Assembly (NCBI GenBank): GCA_013265495.1
Contig: MU057781.1
Coordinates: 932,001-992,000 of the forward strand
Length of the DNA stretch: 60,000 nucleotides
Reading direction: 5' to 3'
Origin: Vicugna vicugna
Taxonomy: Eukaryota
The notes beneath the pieces are model-generated. The model worked only from the letters and a program-made list of their open reading frames with translations. It was not told the origin of the DNA and made no database searches. The position numbers and the translations under genes were made by a program. Positions 12,708 through 23,990 of this stretch are shown piece after piece. Numbering within the stretch: the first letter of the stretch is position 1; every line of letters starts with the position of its first letter.

Positions 12708-13914
12708 CGGATATTCACAGAGTTGTGAAATCATTACCACTGTCTAACCTCAGAATATTTTCATCACCCCTAAAAGAAACCCAGTACCTGTTAGTCACTC
12801 CACATTGTTTTCTACCTCCAAACCCTGGCAACGACAAACCTGCTTTGTGTCTGTGAGTGCGCCGATTCTGGACATTTCGTATAAACAGTCAAACATCATG
12901 TGTCCAGCTTCTTCTCAGCGTGTTCAGGACCCCTCCATGTGTCAGCCTGGTTCCCTTCATGACTGAAGGCTGTTTCTTTGTGTGCATAGACCACGTTCTG
13001 TGTGTCCTCTCTTCAGGTGGTGGACTTCGGCTCTTGTGAATAGTGCTGCTAGAAACATTTGTGTACAAGGTTTGTGAACATATTTTAAATTCCCTTGGGC
13101 ATGTACCTAGGAGTGGAATTGCTGAGTCATATGATGACTCTGTGTGAAGCTCTTCGAGGAACCGCCAGACTGTTTTCCGAAGTATCTGCGCTGTTGTGAA
13201 CTCCCACCAGTGGGCGAGGGTTCCAGTTTTTCCAGATCCAGAAACAACACTTGTTGTTATTCGTGTTTTTGATTCTAGCTGTCCTAGTGGGTGTGACGTG
13301 GTTTTGATGATTTTGAGTGTTTTTCCACGTGCTTACTGGGTATTTTTGTATCTACTTTGGAAACATGTTTGTTTAAACTTTTGCCCATTTAAAAATTTTT
13401 TAAAAATTGTTGAATTTTTCTTTATACGTTCTGGATACTGGATTCTTATCAGATACAAGATTTGCAAATACTTTCTCCCGTACTTTGCGCTGTCTTTTCA
13501 TATTCTTGTCTTTACACATTTGAAATTTTGATGAAGTCCAGTTTACCTGTTTTTTCTTTAGTTGCTTGTGTTTCAGATGTCACATCTAAGAAACTATTGC
13601 CTATCCAAGGTCACAAAGATTTACCCCTAACTTTCCTTCTCAGGCTTATAGCTTTAGCTCCTACATTTAGGTCCTGGATCCATGTTGAGCTTATCTTTAT
13701 GTATGGTGTGAGGTAGGGGTGCTGCCTTGTTCTTTTGCATGTGACCATCTGGCTGCCCCAGCTCTGCTTGCTGGGAGGGTGCCCTCCTCACTGCAGGGCC
13801 TCGGCATCCTTGTTCATGACTAGTCGACCGTAAACGTACAGATTTCCCCCGGACTCTCAGTGCTGTCTTTTTTCCATCTGTACGACTGTCCTTGTGCCAG
13901 TACCACACTGCCTT

Positions 13915-14015
13915 TTTTTGGGGGGGGGAGGGAAGTAGGTTTCCTTGTTTATTTTAATGGAGGTGCTGGGGGTTGGAGCCAGGACCTCATGCGTGCTGAG
14001 CTGCACCTCCCGCCT
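13915..14015 (-). mobile_element. tRNA-Ala-derived SINE (camelid Vic-1-like) with internal deletion
   Basis: Reverse complement reads gggaggtgcagctcag/cacgcatgaggtcctggctccaacccccagcacctccattaaaataaac...C-run, A tail. Perfect 11-bp TSD cacactgcctt at 13904-13914 and 14016-14026. Confidence 0.85.
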
Positions 14016-17000
14016 CACACTGCCTTGATGACTGTAGCTTTGCAGGAAGGTTTGAAGTGGCAAGTGTGAGCCCTGTAACATTGTCGTCCTTTCTCGGGAT
14101 TGTCTTGGCTGTTCTGGGGACTAGCTTCCACGTGAATTCTAGGGTTACCGTGTCACTGTCCACAGGAGAGCCAGCTGGAGTCCTGACGGGGGTCGTGCTG
14201 AGTTTGTAGATTGTTCTGGGGAGTTTTGCCGTCTTAATACGTGTCTTGTCGTCCACGGGCACAGGGTGTCTCTCCGTCTCTTTAATTTCTCTCAGTGATT
14301 ACAGCGGTCAGTGCGAGCCTCGCGCTGCTTTTGTGTGACGTGTTCAGAGGCTGTTTGCTCATTGCAGGTCTGTCCAGACTTCCTGCTTCTTCTGAGTTGG
14401 TTTTGGTGGTTGTGTCTTTCTAGGAGTCTGCCATCTCAGTAGGTTAGCCGCTTGTTGGCAGACCCTTGTTCACGTGTTCCCTTGTGAACCTCTTTTACTT
14501 CTGTAAGGTTGGTAGAATTATTCTCGTTTGTTCCTGATTTTAGTGATTTGAGTCTTTTGGGGTTTTTTGTCAGTTTGGCTAAAGATTTGTCAACGTTGTT
14601 GATTTTTTCTAAAGGGCCAGCTCTTGGTTTCACAGGCTTTTCTCTGTTGTTTTTATGTTTCTGTATCAGCCGTGTTCAGGGTTAAATCTTAAACACGGGA
14701 GCCTGTCTTGACAGTCATGCTGCCGCCGTGGCTCCTGGAGAGAGCGTTCCGTTCTCTCCTTCCGCCCCGCCCTGCCCGGTTTCTGGTTGACACCAAGCCA
14801 TCCTCGCTTGTTCCTGAGCGGAGGGGGGTCTCCGTGGCAGGCTGAGGTGGCCGCCCGTCTGAGCCGCTTGTGGTAGCCACAGGTGGCATGTGGCTGTGAC
14901 TTGGGTCCCCCTCCTGCCCACTCTGGGGAGCGCCCCAGCGCCCTCACTTCCCCGGGGTCTGGGCCCTGCCCGGGGGGAGCTGGATCTTACCTGCTGTCAG
15001 CCTGGGCTCTGCTTACAGGGCACAGAGCTCCTCTGGCTAGTCTGAAGCTAGTCCCAGAAAGGGAAGGTTTGAGAAAACAGGTGGCTCCTCAGTAGGGCCG
15101 AGAGTCAGGTTCGGGGACCCAGGGAAGGAGGGGCCGCGTCCCTCCCCGCCTCGGGGCCCTCGCCGCCACAGGGCCCGCTGACGGCTTCTGACAGTCGGCC
15201 GCTCTGCGCCCCTGCCCTTGCCAACGTGGGCACCGGCCACGGCCGCCTCCTGTCGCTGGTATTCAGCTTGGCTGTGCGGGCAGGGGGCCGTGGGACCTCA
15301 CAGTGGCAGGAGGTTGGCCACCTGGGTCCTGCGCTGTGAGGCGCAGTGCTGGGGCTGCCATGGTTTGCCTGGCCAGCGACACTCGTTAAATGGCCGCGGT
15401 TCCCTGAGTGTGTGCAGGTAACATAATCATTTGTCCTCTAGATAAGCACGTGTGTGAATGGCCACGCCAGGGTCTGCTTTCAACCAGTGAAACTGACCTT
15501 CCCATGAAGGTGGGGGGGCACCTGTCCCCACCAGGCATTCCCAGCTGTGGGTCTTCGGTGCACCCTGGTTTTAAATTTTGGTTGCTGTGAATGACAGCAC
15601 TTTCACTTAAAATATTCTCTTCCAACAGCTTGCCATTAGCAGCCTGAAAACAGACGTTTTAGTCTAAAATGTAAAAGGACGAATCAGCGTGAAAGCTCAT
15701 TTTAGTGGCTCCTGTTTGACTGAGGCACCCGTGCCAGCACCTGAGCTGGTGACCGTGGGAGCAGGTTGTGGGGAGAATGGCGAGCACAGGGCTGTGTCCC
15801 CCGCCTCTTGGGGTGGGCCCGTTGGGGCTGCAGCCCCCGAGCACGGAGCTGCCCACCTGTCTCCTCTGCCGCCCGGCTTGTCTGGCACAGTCTGCGATTG
15901 AGCGCAGTGTTTGTGTGTTCCTAGAGATTTTTTTAAAATGGTATTTGCTGAAATTTTTGTAGCTCGGAGATGGGACAGGAAGGTAGTGCTTCTAGGACCC
16001 AGGCCACCAGGTGGGGGAGTGGGTGCCAATGACACAGGGCCTTGGTCCCTGTGATCTCTATGTGCGTTTTCTGCCTGAAACGTTCACAGGACCCCTGCTT
16101 TGGCGTATAAGAGCAGAAGGCTAACAGAGTGTATAGTCTGATTTGGGGAGCTTGGGCAGGACTGGAAGGCAACTTGACATTTTGTTCAGTCTGGGCTGGG
16201 AAGTCTGTGGGTTCCCTGGGAGCCGGCCAAGGGACCCCACCTAGACCAGGGGGTCCCCTCATTGCCCCACTGGTGCCCTGCACAGCCTGTGGGTTCTGCG
16301 CGGTGGGGGCGGGGCTGGGACGTCCTGCGTGGCGGGAAGTCGGACTCCACCTGCGGGAGCAGCGCCCTCTTTGCAGGGCTGGTCAGGTGTCTCAGATGTG
16401 GACACTGGCTTTATGTGCAAGCCAAGGAGATTGAATAGGAGCACATTCATGTTCATGAGTTTTACAGAAAGGGCAGTATTTGTGTTCACTGTGTACACTG
16501 TGCACACAAGGTGGGAGGAGCAGCGTTTCTGAAAAGGCCATAATTATGGGTTGCTGTGCTGAGTAACTTAACATCAAAAAGACGTCTTTTCTCAGGACTG
16601 CTCCTGAAAAATGAAGCATGAGTGTGTGTCCCCAGAAAGATCACACCAGGAAGAGGAGAGGAAAGAGGGGGCAACAACCCAGACTCTCCCAGCACAGGTG
16701 ATTGGCTTTACTGGTTTCATTGTGGCTATTGGTCGGGCCTAACCGGTCGGGGTTCTGGTGACTGTCTTGATGACTGCGTTTCAGGCTAGGTGTGGAAGAG
16801 ACACGTCCACTGGGAGGTAGGCTCCATCCCACTCCCCGCTGACCTCAGGCATCAGTCAGGACTCCAGGACAGGCTCACAGACCCCCCCCCAACTCCCCAG
16901 AGGGCTGGCAGGTGGGCCAGGCACAGCTCTGGGGTCCTGGCTCTCGCTTTCTGGCCTCCGCAGCTTCCTCTCCTGTCTCCCTCTGTGACTTCCTCCTGCG

Positions 17001-17494
17001 GGTCGTTGTCCCCTGGGTGTGGTTGGAGAGGCAGAGAGGCTCCTGGTAGTTTGTCCTGGGGGGTCTCTGACCTCACCAAGCCCTGGGGCTTCTTCCTCAG
17101 CCCGGATCGTCCCGGTGTATTGTGACAGCATCTTGAATGTGTCCGGGCGGCTGTAGCCCTACTTCTGTGGGCGTGTGACACGGGAGGGCGGGGTCATCCC
17201 TGCTGTCCTGCCAGCGCCTCCCAGCCCGGCCCAGGGCCCCTCCCATCTGTCAGTCCTTCTGCACTTGTGTAATTGGGAGTCGGTTCCAGAAGCTCTGGAG
17301 TTTTTTGGAATAGAATGGATGTATCAAGAGTGTTGTTTAAGTGGAAAATCCATGGTTAAAACTCAGCAGTGGGGTCAGGTTCAGGCACGTGCAGTGTGAG
17401 CTCTGGGCACCCAGCGCGGCCCCATCCAGAGCTCCTGGCGGTGCTGTGACCTTCCCCGTGGCTTGAGGGTTCTGGCCTCTGAGATGCGACATTT

Positions 17495-17560
17495 AGGGTT
17501 TATTCCTGCAGTGTATGTCTGCTGAGTGTCTGCTGAGTACCAGCTGTGTGCCTGACCCCG
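17495..17560 (-). mobile_element. Possible L2 3' end fragment
   Basis: tttattcctgcagtgtatgtctgctgag...taccagctgtgtgcctga resembles the L2 tail (tatttattgagcacctactatgtgccagg). Confidence 0.3.
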
Positions 17561-18289
17561 TACCGCCTGGGGGGCCGCACCCCCGGCTGAGCTGTGCTGG
17601 GAGAGGCCCCTGGGGTGAGCCTGCACGAGCCCCCAGAGCAGACGGCCCTGCCCCGGAGCCGGGCGGCCCTCCTCTGCACAATGGGCATTGCCTCACAGCT
17701 TCGGTGCTGAGCAGAGTTTGAAATGTCACGACATAGTTCATGGAGCTGTTCTTAGTGTGCGTATTTGACGGACTCATTTTGATTCCAAATCTAAACACCC
17801 TGAGGAATAAGCCAGACTTCTCTAACGCTGTTTTCGCCTCTTCATCCTCAGCCTGCAGCCCATGGGGGCCCACCTGCTGGTGCAGACGATGTGAAGGGGT
17901 GTGGGGTCTACCGTCAGTCTGAGCACAGCCCCCGGGCCCTGGACTTGTGTGTTAGACGTGGGAGAGGCGGGGCTGGAGCATCCTTCCTGGCTTGGACCTT
18001 AAGCGAAGCCTTCTCCCCCCACACGCACGTGCGACCGTTTCCTCCTACTTGAGAGCCTCTGGATTTGTGCTCATATCACAGAGGTGACCTCTTTGGGGGT
18101 CTTAGGAAAGAAGACCCCTTGTCTCCGTTCCGCCACCTGGAGCGGTAGCCGACAAGGAGGCCACTGAGCTGAGGTGGGGGACGGACACTGGGGCCTCCGT
18201 CGGCCTGGCTGTGCCCTGCTGTTCGCTGGGAGCAGCCTTGTGGTGTGACTGTCACCTGGCCACCTGTGTTCTCCTTGGTTCTCCAAGGA

Positions 18290-19715
18290 AACCTATCAAA
18301 ATTAAAGCAGTTTTAAGACATTAATTTGTTCAAATATGTTCAAATAATTTTGGAAAAAATTAACAAAAGGGATAGTTTTCCAGCAAAACAATACGTGAGC
18401 ACACTGACCCTAGCGGAGAGAGAAAAGCTGCGCTGGCCAGTTCTTCGAGGGAACCAGGATCGGCCAGCTTGTCAAAGCCAGGGCCCCACGTGCGTCTCGA
18501 GAGGCTTCTGCCAACGGTCGAGGGACCCCCCCCCCCCGTAGTCCTGCTTGAACGGTCCCAGCTCAGGAGAGGCCCGGGCCGGAGGCGGCGCCACGCAGGC
18601 AGCCGCAGGCCGGTCGTTCTCCTGCCGGTGGCGAGGCGGCCCGCGGGGACCCAGGAGCCAGGAGCGAGGGCCAGAGCCCGGGCGGGCGCTGCTGCGGGTG
18701 GGAGCTGGTGACTTACCAGTAGGAAGAATCCTTCCGTGGTCATCTTATTGATGCTAAAGACATATTTGATAAAATTCAGCACCTCTTGTTTAAAAAGTGA
18801 TTACTCTTAATAAAACTGAGACTGGTAGATATTTCCTGAATGTGATTTTAAAACATGGAAATCGAAAGTTTCCACTAGAGTCAGGATAAGGCAGATTTTT
18901 GATGTGCCTGTGGTTGTTCAGCCTGGCTCTGGAAGGCCCAGCAGGTGAGCCAGAGAGGGGAGTGTGACAGTGGAGCGTTAGAAGTGTGAGTTTGCACCTC
19001 AGAGCTCAGGGGAATGTACTGAGAACCTCCAACGTGGAGGGTTCAGTGACGAAATTAATACATGAAAGTCAGCAGCATGCTCATATGTCCAGGCAGTGGG
19101 CATAAGACACCCCGCTTAGGACAGTGAGACACAGGCCGAACTTGAAAACACGCTCTGTCACCACGTCACCTCGCTGTGCGCGGCTGCGGCAGCCCCCTTC
19201 CTTAGGTATTTCCGCATTTGGTTTCTGTGTGCTTTGTGCAGTGTTACATGTCAGTCACATCTCAGCAGAGCTGCGGGAAAGGGAGGCAGGCCAGCGGGGC
19301 ACGTCAGAACCTAGGAGAGACCCGGGAGCACGCGGGGACTTGGCGGGAGATGAAGGCCACGTTTGTGTCTGAGAAGGCGGCTCCCGTCGGTGTTCCAGAA
19401 ACGGTGTGGTGACCCTGGGCAAGAGCGAAGCTGAGTCTCCTTCTCGGGCCTGGGGCAGAGAGGGACCGAATTTCACCACGTCCGGGAGCGTGAGTGGTGG
19501 TGCGGGGCGGGGGGCACAGCTTTATTTTCTGCACTGAATTCTCAGGAAGGAGAAGGAAAACCTCTGCCAGGGTAGGGTCAGGATGATTAGTTGGTCAGTG
19601 TGAAAAATTTGCACGTGAAAATAGACAAAATGAGCGAACTTGAAAAAGAGAAACAGATGAAGTGCCAGAAGAATTTTAAAAAATAATCTTAGCATAGAGA
19701 AGACCTTTCTGAATA
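18290..19715 (+). mobile_element. Ancient sense-strand L1 ORF2 relic with strongly GC-shifted internal segments
   Basis: gtggtcatcttattgatgctaaagacatatttgataaaattcagcacctc corresponds to the RT motif IISIDAEKAFDKIQHP. aaagccagggccccac...ttctgccaacggtcgaggga corresponds to KSPGPDGFTGEFYQTFK. Further collinear fragments are seen up to about 19715. Confidence 0.6.
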
Positions 19716-19940
19716 GCACGTGTGCACACACACGTGTGCACACTTACACACACGTTTACACCCCACACATGTGCACACACGTACACTCACATGTGCATGC
19801 TTACACGCACACACGGGAACACCCACACACGTGCACACTCACATGCACACATGTACACTCAAGCACGCATGAGAATACTTACACGGGCATGCACATGCAC
19901 ACACGTGTACACTCACGCATACACACATGCGCACAGACAC
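19716..19940. repeat. Degenerate (CA)n/(CACG/CATG) microsatellite, alternating purine-pyrimidine tract
   Basis: About 220 bp of cacacacgtgtgcacac...gcatgcacatgcacacacg. Confidence 0.9.
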
Positions 19941-22759
19941 GGAATCCACCTGCCTCTTGGAAAGACGGACACACTGGTTCTACAAACATTGGTGTCTCTT
20001 CTGATCTGGGCACCATTCTAGGCTCTGGGGAGTTGAACGGAGCAGAAAAGAACAGAAGGTCTCTGTCTCTGAGCAGCTCACATCCCAGCCGTGTCTGAGT
20101 GGTGTTCATTTTCACAGTGTTCACTTCCATCCACTTGGTCTGTTAGGGTGAAGTGAGTCAGGGCTTGGTGTGGTTTTCAAAGCCACTTTTATACCCAGGG
20201 CCCTGCCAGCTGCCCCCTCGGTCCAGCAGACCTTTCAACTTCATTGTTTCAGTGCCTAGTTATTTAAAATAGAGTAATTTTCTCTAAGTGCAGAGTTTAT
20301 GGAGAGAAGAGTGAGTGTGAATTACACCCCCCTTTTATTTGGAATCATCATGTGATAACCTAGAGCTCGGCTCCAGCCTCTGAAAACACGCCTTTATATC
20401 TTGGCAGAAACATCACTCAGACCTTCTTCCTGAGTTCCCCAGCCGCCGTCTGTGTGGGGCCCAGGTGAGGTTTCTCCCTGAAACCGCGTTCCTAAGCGCT
20501 GGAAGGAAAGTTTGTGCTAAGAGCTTACAAGTTGTGCCCAACAGCCCCTTGAGATCAACAAACTACTAAGCTATCTTTAATTAAGACTTGAGTTTTCCAT
20601 TTCAAGCAAATTGTTAAGAATGCTTGTGAAACAATTGAAGCTTAGTTAATAAGAACTGAAATTTTATTGCCAAAATCGTGTAAATCCATTACATGTATTT
20701 CCAAAAATAAATATAGAACGCAATGATTTATTATTTGTGTGTTTTGGAAATTCTTTTAAATACTGAACATTTGAAAACATCTGATTAATTGTAATCACAC
20801 AATAAACAGTGTTAAATTCTGATACTGCGTTTTTTCTTTTGAATTGTCGTTGATTCTCTGGTTAAAAGCAATTTGTTTTACTTAAATGTCCTAATTTACG
20901 AGGCTGAGTTAGGACATTCTTGTAAATCTCTTCACTGATGAGCTCACGCTTGCACATTTAACGTGAGGGGCGCTGGCCTGAACTCCATTCGGCCCCGGTG
21001 GCAGCGGGAGCACAGCGGAGTCAGGGGCTGGGCTCCTCTGAGTGAGTTTGGAGACCAGCGTGGAGAGCGGCGGTGGGCGCAGAAAGCCTGCATGGGCCTG
21101 CCCCCAGGCAGCCCGCGGTGACTGGGCACTGTCCCCGGGTCTGGGGAGCAGGGCCCTCGGATCACTTCAGACCGTGATGATCAGAGCCACCACGCTGCAC
21201 CCAGACAGAGCTGTCAGGGAGCTTAGCTGACTTACTGTGGAAGTAGCCGGCGAGTCTGGGAGCCCCAGGGCTGAGAGGTGCCGGGGGAGGGGGGGGCTGG
21301 GGTCAGAGGCTCCTGCTTGCTCCTGAGGGCGGGTTCCCTGCGGGGCTGGAGGCAGAGCTGGGCCGCTCGCTTCTCTGCTGCTGGCGTCCTCCCCTCCAGC
21401 TGCGTCCCCTGAGGAGTCCGGGTGCAGGACAGGGACCCTGACCCCTCCGTGGAGTTGCACGTGGGGATGTGACTCTCCAGTCTACATCAGAGGTGCCCGT
21501 GAGGCAGGCTGTCCACTGAGTATCATCCGAGGAGCAAGGGCTCAGAAACCTCCGGGCGCCTGACACACGTGCTGACCCTGGAACCTGCGCTGACCCACTC
21601 GCTGGGACCGTGTGCGGCGACCGGGGGTGGCAGGAGGCTGGGCGTGAGCGTGTGTGGGGGTGGAGAGGGCTGCTGATGGGACGGCGCCCTGGCTCCAGTG
21701 GCGTGCCCTTCAAGGGCTGTGGAGTCCTTGTCAGCTGGGGGGCACCCCCGAGGCGGGGCGGAGAAGACTCGGCCGGACGGAGGGCTTCCTCCCCTGAGGG
21801 CCTTCAGGCAGACGGGGCTGGGGCATCCGGGATGCTCGGAACCGGTTCCCCCTCGAGTCCGCAGGTCACGGCGGGGTCGTTTCCTTGGCTCCTCTCTGCG
21901 CGTCAGGTCACAGGGTGTTGTGAACGTTGCGTGTGGCTGTTGGGTTGCGCAGCATGTCAGGGCGTCTTCCGGCTCTTCTCTGTCACTTTTGTAACTAGGA
22001 CAGAATCCCCAGGCGGCCAGGGCAGGCAAGCTGAGGGCCCTCCGACCCCAGCCGGCCGTCTGCAGGGAGCGAGGCGCCTCCCTCTCTCTGCTGAGGGCTG
22101 GCGTGTCCAGACCTGGACCATTTCCTGAAGAGGAATGAGAGTCCTTTCTAAGGAGACGTCAGCTGAGCTTATGTTGTCAGTGCTGCTTTTGCAGACGTTG
22201 GCGTCCCCGAGATGTTGCCGCGGTGGGTGTGGCGCCTGGGCCCCGGGGGGACGGGTGCTCGGGGGCTGGCACAGGCCGTGGGAGCACCGGCTGGGGGAGG
22301 CAGTTTTCCCTCTAACTTGTAGGCATCCCTGGGAGCGGCTTCTGTGAGTGCACCTGAAGCTCTGGGGACAGGGGCTGATGGCGCGGGAGCAGGTGGCAGG
22401 TGACACTGTGCATTTCCAGTGGCGCGGAGCCTCACGGCTGAGCGGACAGTGAAGTGCGCAGCCTGGCTCTGGTGGCTCTCGGGGTCCGTGGAAACGAGAC
22501 GACATTGTCTGCAGTGTGACAGGTGAGGCTGCTCTCCTGCGCGTGCCGCTGAGGGGTCTGTCCCCTGGATTTGTAAAGGCCTGTCGGGCAGTTTTAATGT
22601 CAACTTGAGGGAGGAGATCCTGGCAGAGCATGACTCCCCAGCTCCTGCGGCTGCGTGGGCTCCCTGTGTGTCACACAAACACCGTGTTCTCCCCCAGCGC
22701 CCGCGGTTGGCGCGTGTCTGAGTATTCCCCAACTCCTGCCTGCGGGCTTGGATGGCACC

Positions 22760-23470
22760 TGCTTTCTGTCTGAGCGCTGGTGCTTTTCACCTGCCCCCGG
22801 AGAGGCCCACGGACGGCTGGCCTGGGCGCGTCTCAGACGGGGTTTCAGGTGGTGGTTGGCGTTCGCCCAAGGGTCAGAGCAGGCGTGGGGTGCTCGGGCA
22901 GAGGTGCCCGCGGAGCCCGCGGGAGTGAGCACGCGGCCTCGCGCCCGCCCTCGGCCCGCCGCCATCCGCGGCGTCGGGCTGGAGACCGTCAGGCTGGTAA
23001 CCGGAGCCGGCTAGCCACATCCACAGCCACCTGGAAAGCAGCGAGAAGGGGGGAGACGAGCCCCGTCCCACTTCCCCCCCGACCACGGCGTCGAGTGTGT
23101 TTACTGCTAGGCTTCTTCCTGTGGAAGTCCGTTTATTTGAAATTCCGTGAGCAGTGTTTACACTGGCGAGGAGCAGGCCAGTAAGAAGTGGAGCAGTCGG
23201 CCCTCGGAGCAGCCTTGCCGGCCGCCGCACCCGGGCCCTGGGTGGCTGCCTCTTCCAGGCCTCTTCCTTGCACGATCACTTGCTGCCAGAGGCCCATGTG
23301 ACGTAATCACCGCGGCGGCTCTGAGTTTCAAAACTGCGGCCCCCCTACCGACCGCGGCGCTCTGGGGAAACGGTTTCTGCCCGCGGCTCCCGGTCTCCAC
23401 GCCGCCGTGCCGCCTCGCCTGTGGCAGAGGCCGGGCAGCTGCGGGGCGGAGGCGGGGTGCAGCCCCTCGT
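22760..23470. promoter_or_regulatory. Intronic CpG island (candidate enhancer or alternative promoter)
   Basis: High CpG density (cgcggagcccgcggg, cacgcggcctcgcgcccgccc, ccgcggcgtcggg). GC-boxes, ETS-like cttcctgtggaagt, and ATF/CREB-like TGACGTAA at 23299-23306. Confidence 0.6.
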
Positions 23471-23990
23471 CCTGAGGACTGGCGCCTCTCCCTTGCTGGT
23501 CCCAGCCAATGGAGCTCTGGGTCTGTAGGGTTTTGCCCATTTGCAGGGTTCAGAGTGGGTTCAGAGTGAAGGGATGCCTACATTTCTAGGGCCTGGTCCT
23601 GGAGGAGTCGGGGTCCCGCCAGCCCTGGGTAGTAGAAAGAGGCAGAGAGCCCTGGCCTGTCCCCCGGGGCTGTGGGCAGCTGCCCAGGCTCCTGAGGCCT
23701 CGGTGGTCTGGACGCCCTGCTCCTCCCATCTGCCCGTTGCTCTCCCTGGCCTCTGCCCACTCCGGGTCCTGCACTGCACCCCCTGCACTGCACCCACACA
23801 GGCAGGGGCCTCCTCACTCCGCTGGCCCGCAGTGCGCGTGGTGGAGTGTTCCCGGATAACTTGCCTGCGTTACTTCTAAGCCTTGCGTTCACCTTCCAGG
23901 TCAAGCAGATGTCTCGACAGTCTCAAGTCTGCCCTGTGCTGACCCCAGAGCACACTTTCAATTCCTCATTTCCCCCAAATTCTGGCCATA

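Larger units (their letters stand above)
12555..14665 (-). mobile_element. L1M (L1MB/MA-like) relic, 3'UTR plus ORF2 C-terminal part, carrying two SINE insertions
   Basis: Continuous antisense L1 motifs (tacctaggagtggaattgctgagtcatat; tttgatgaagtccagttta). Minus-strand ORF remnants MWYWHKD, LPRTIYKLSTTPVRTP and LEKINNVDKSLAKLTK resemble L1 ORF2. Confidence 0.9.

Noticed and set aside
19722..20098. His/Thr-rich ORFs
   Set aside because: These are translations of the (CA)n microsatellite.
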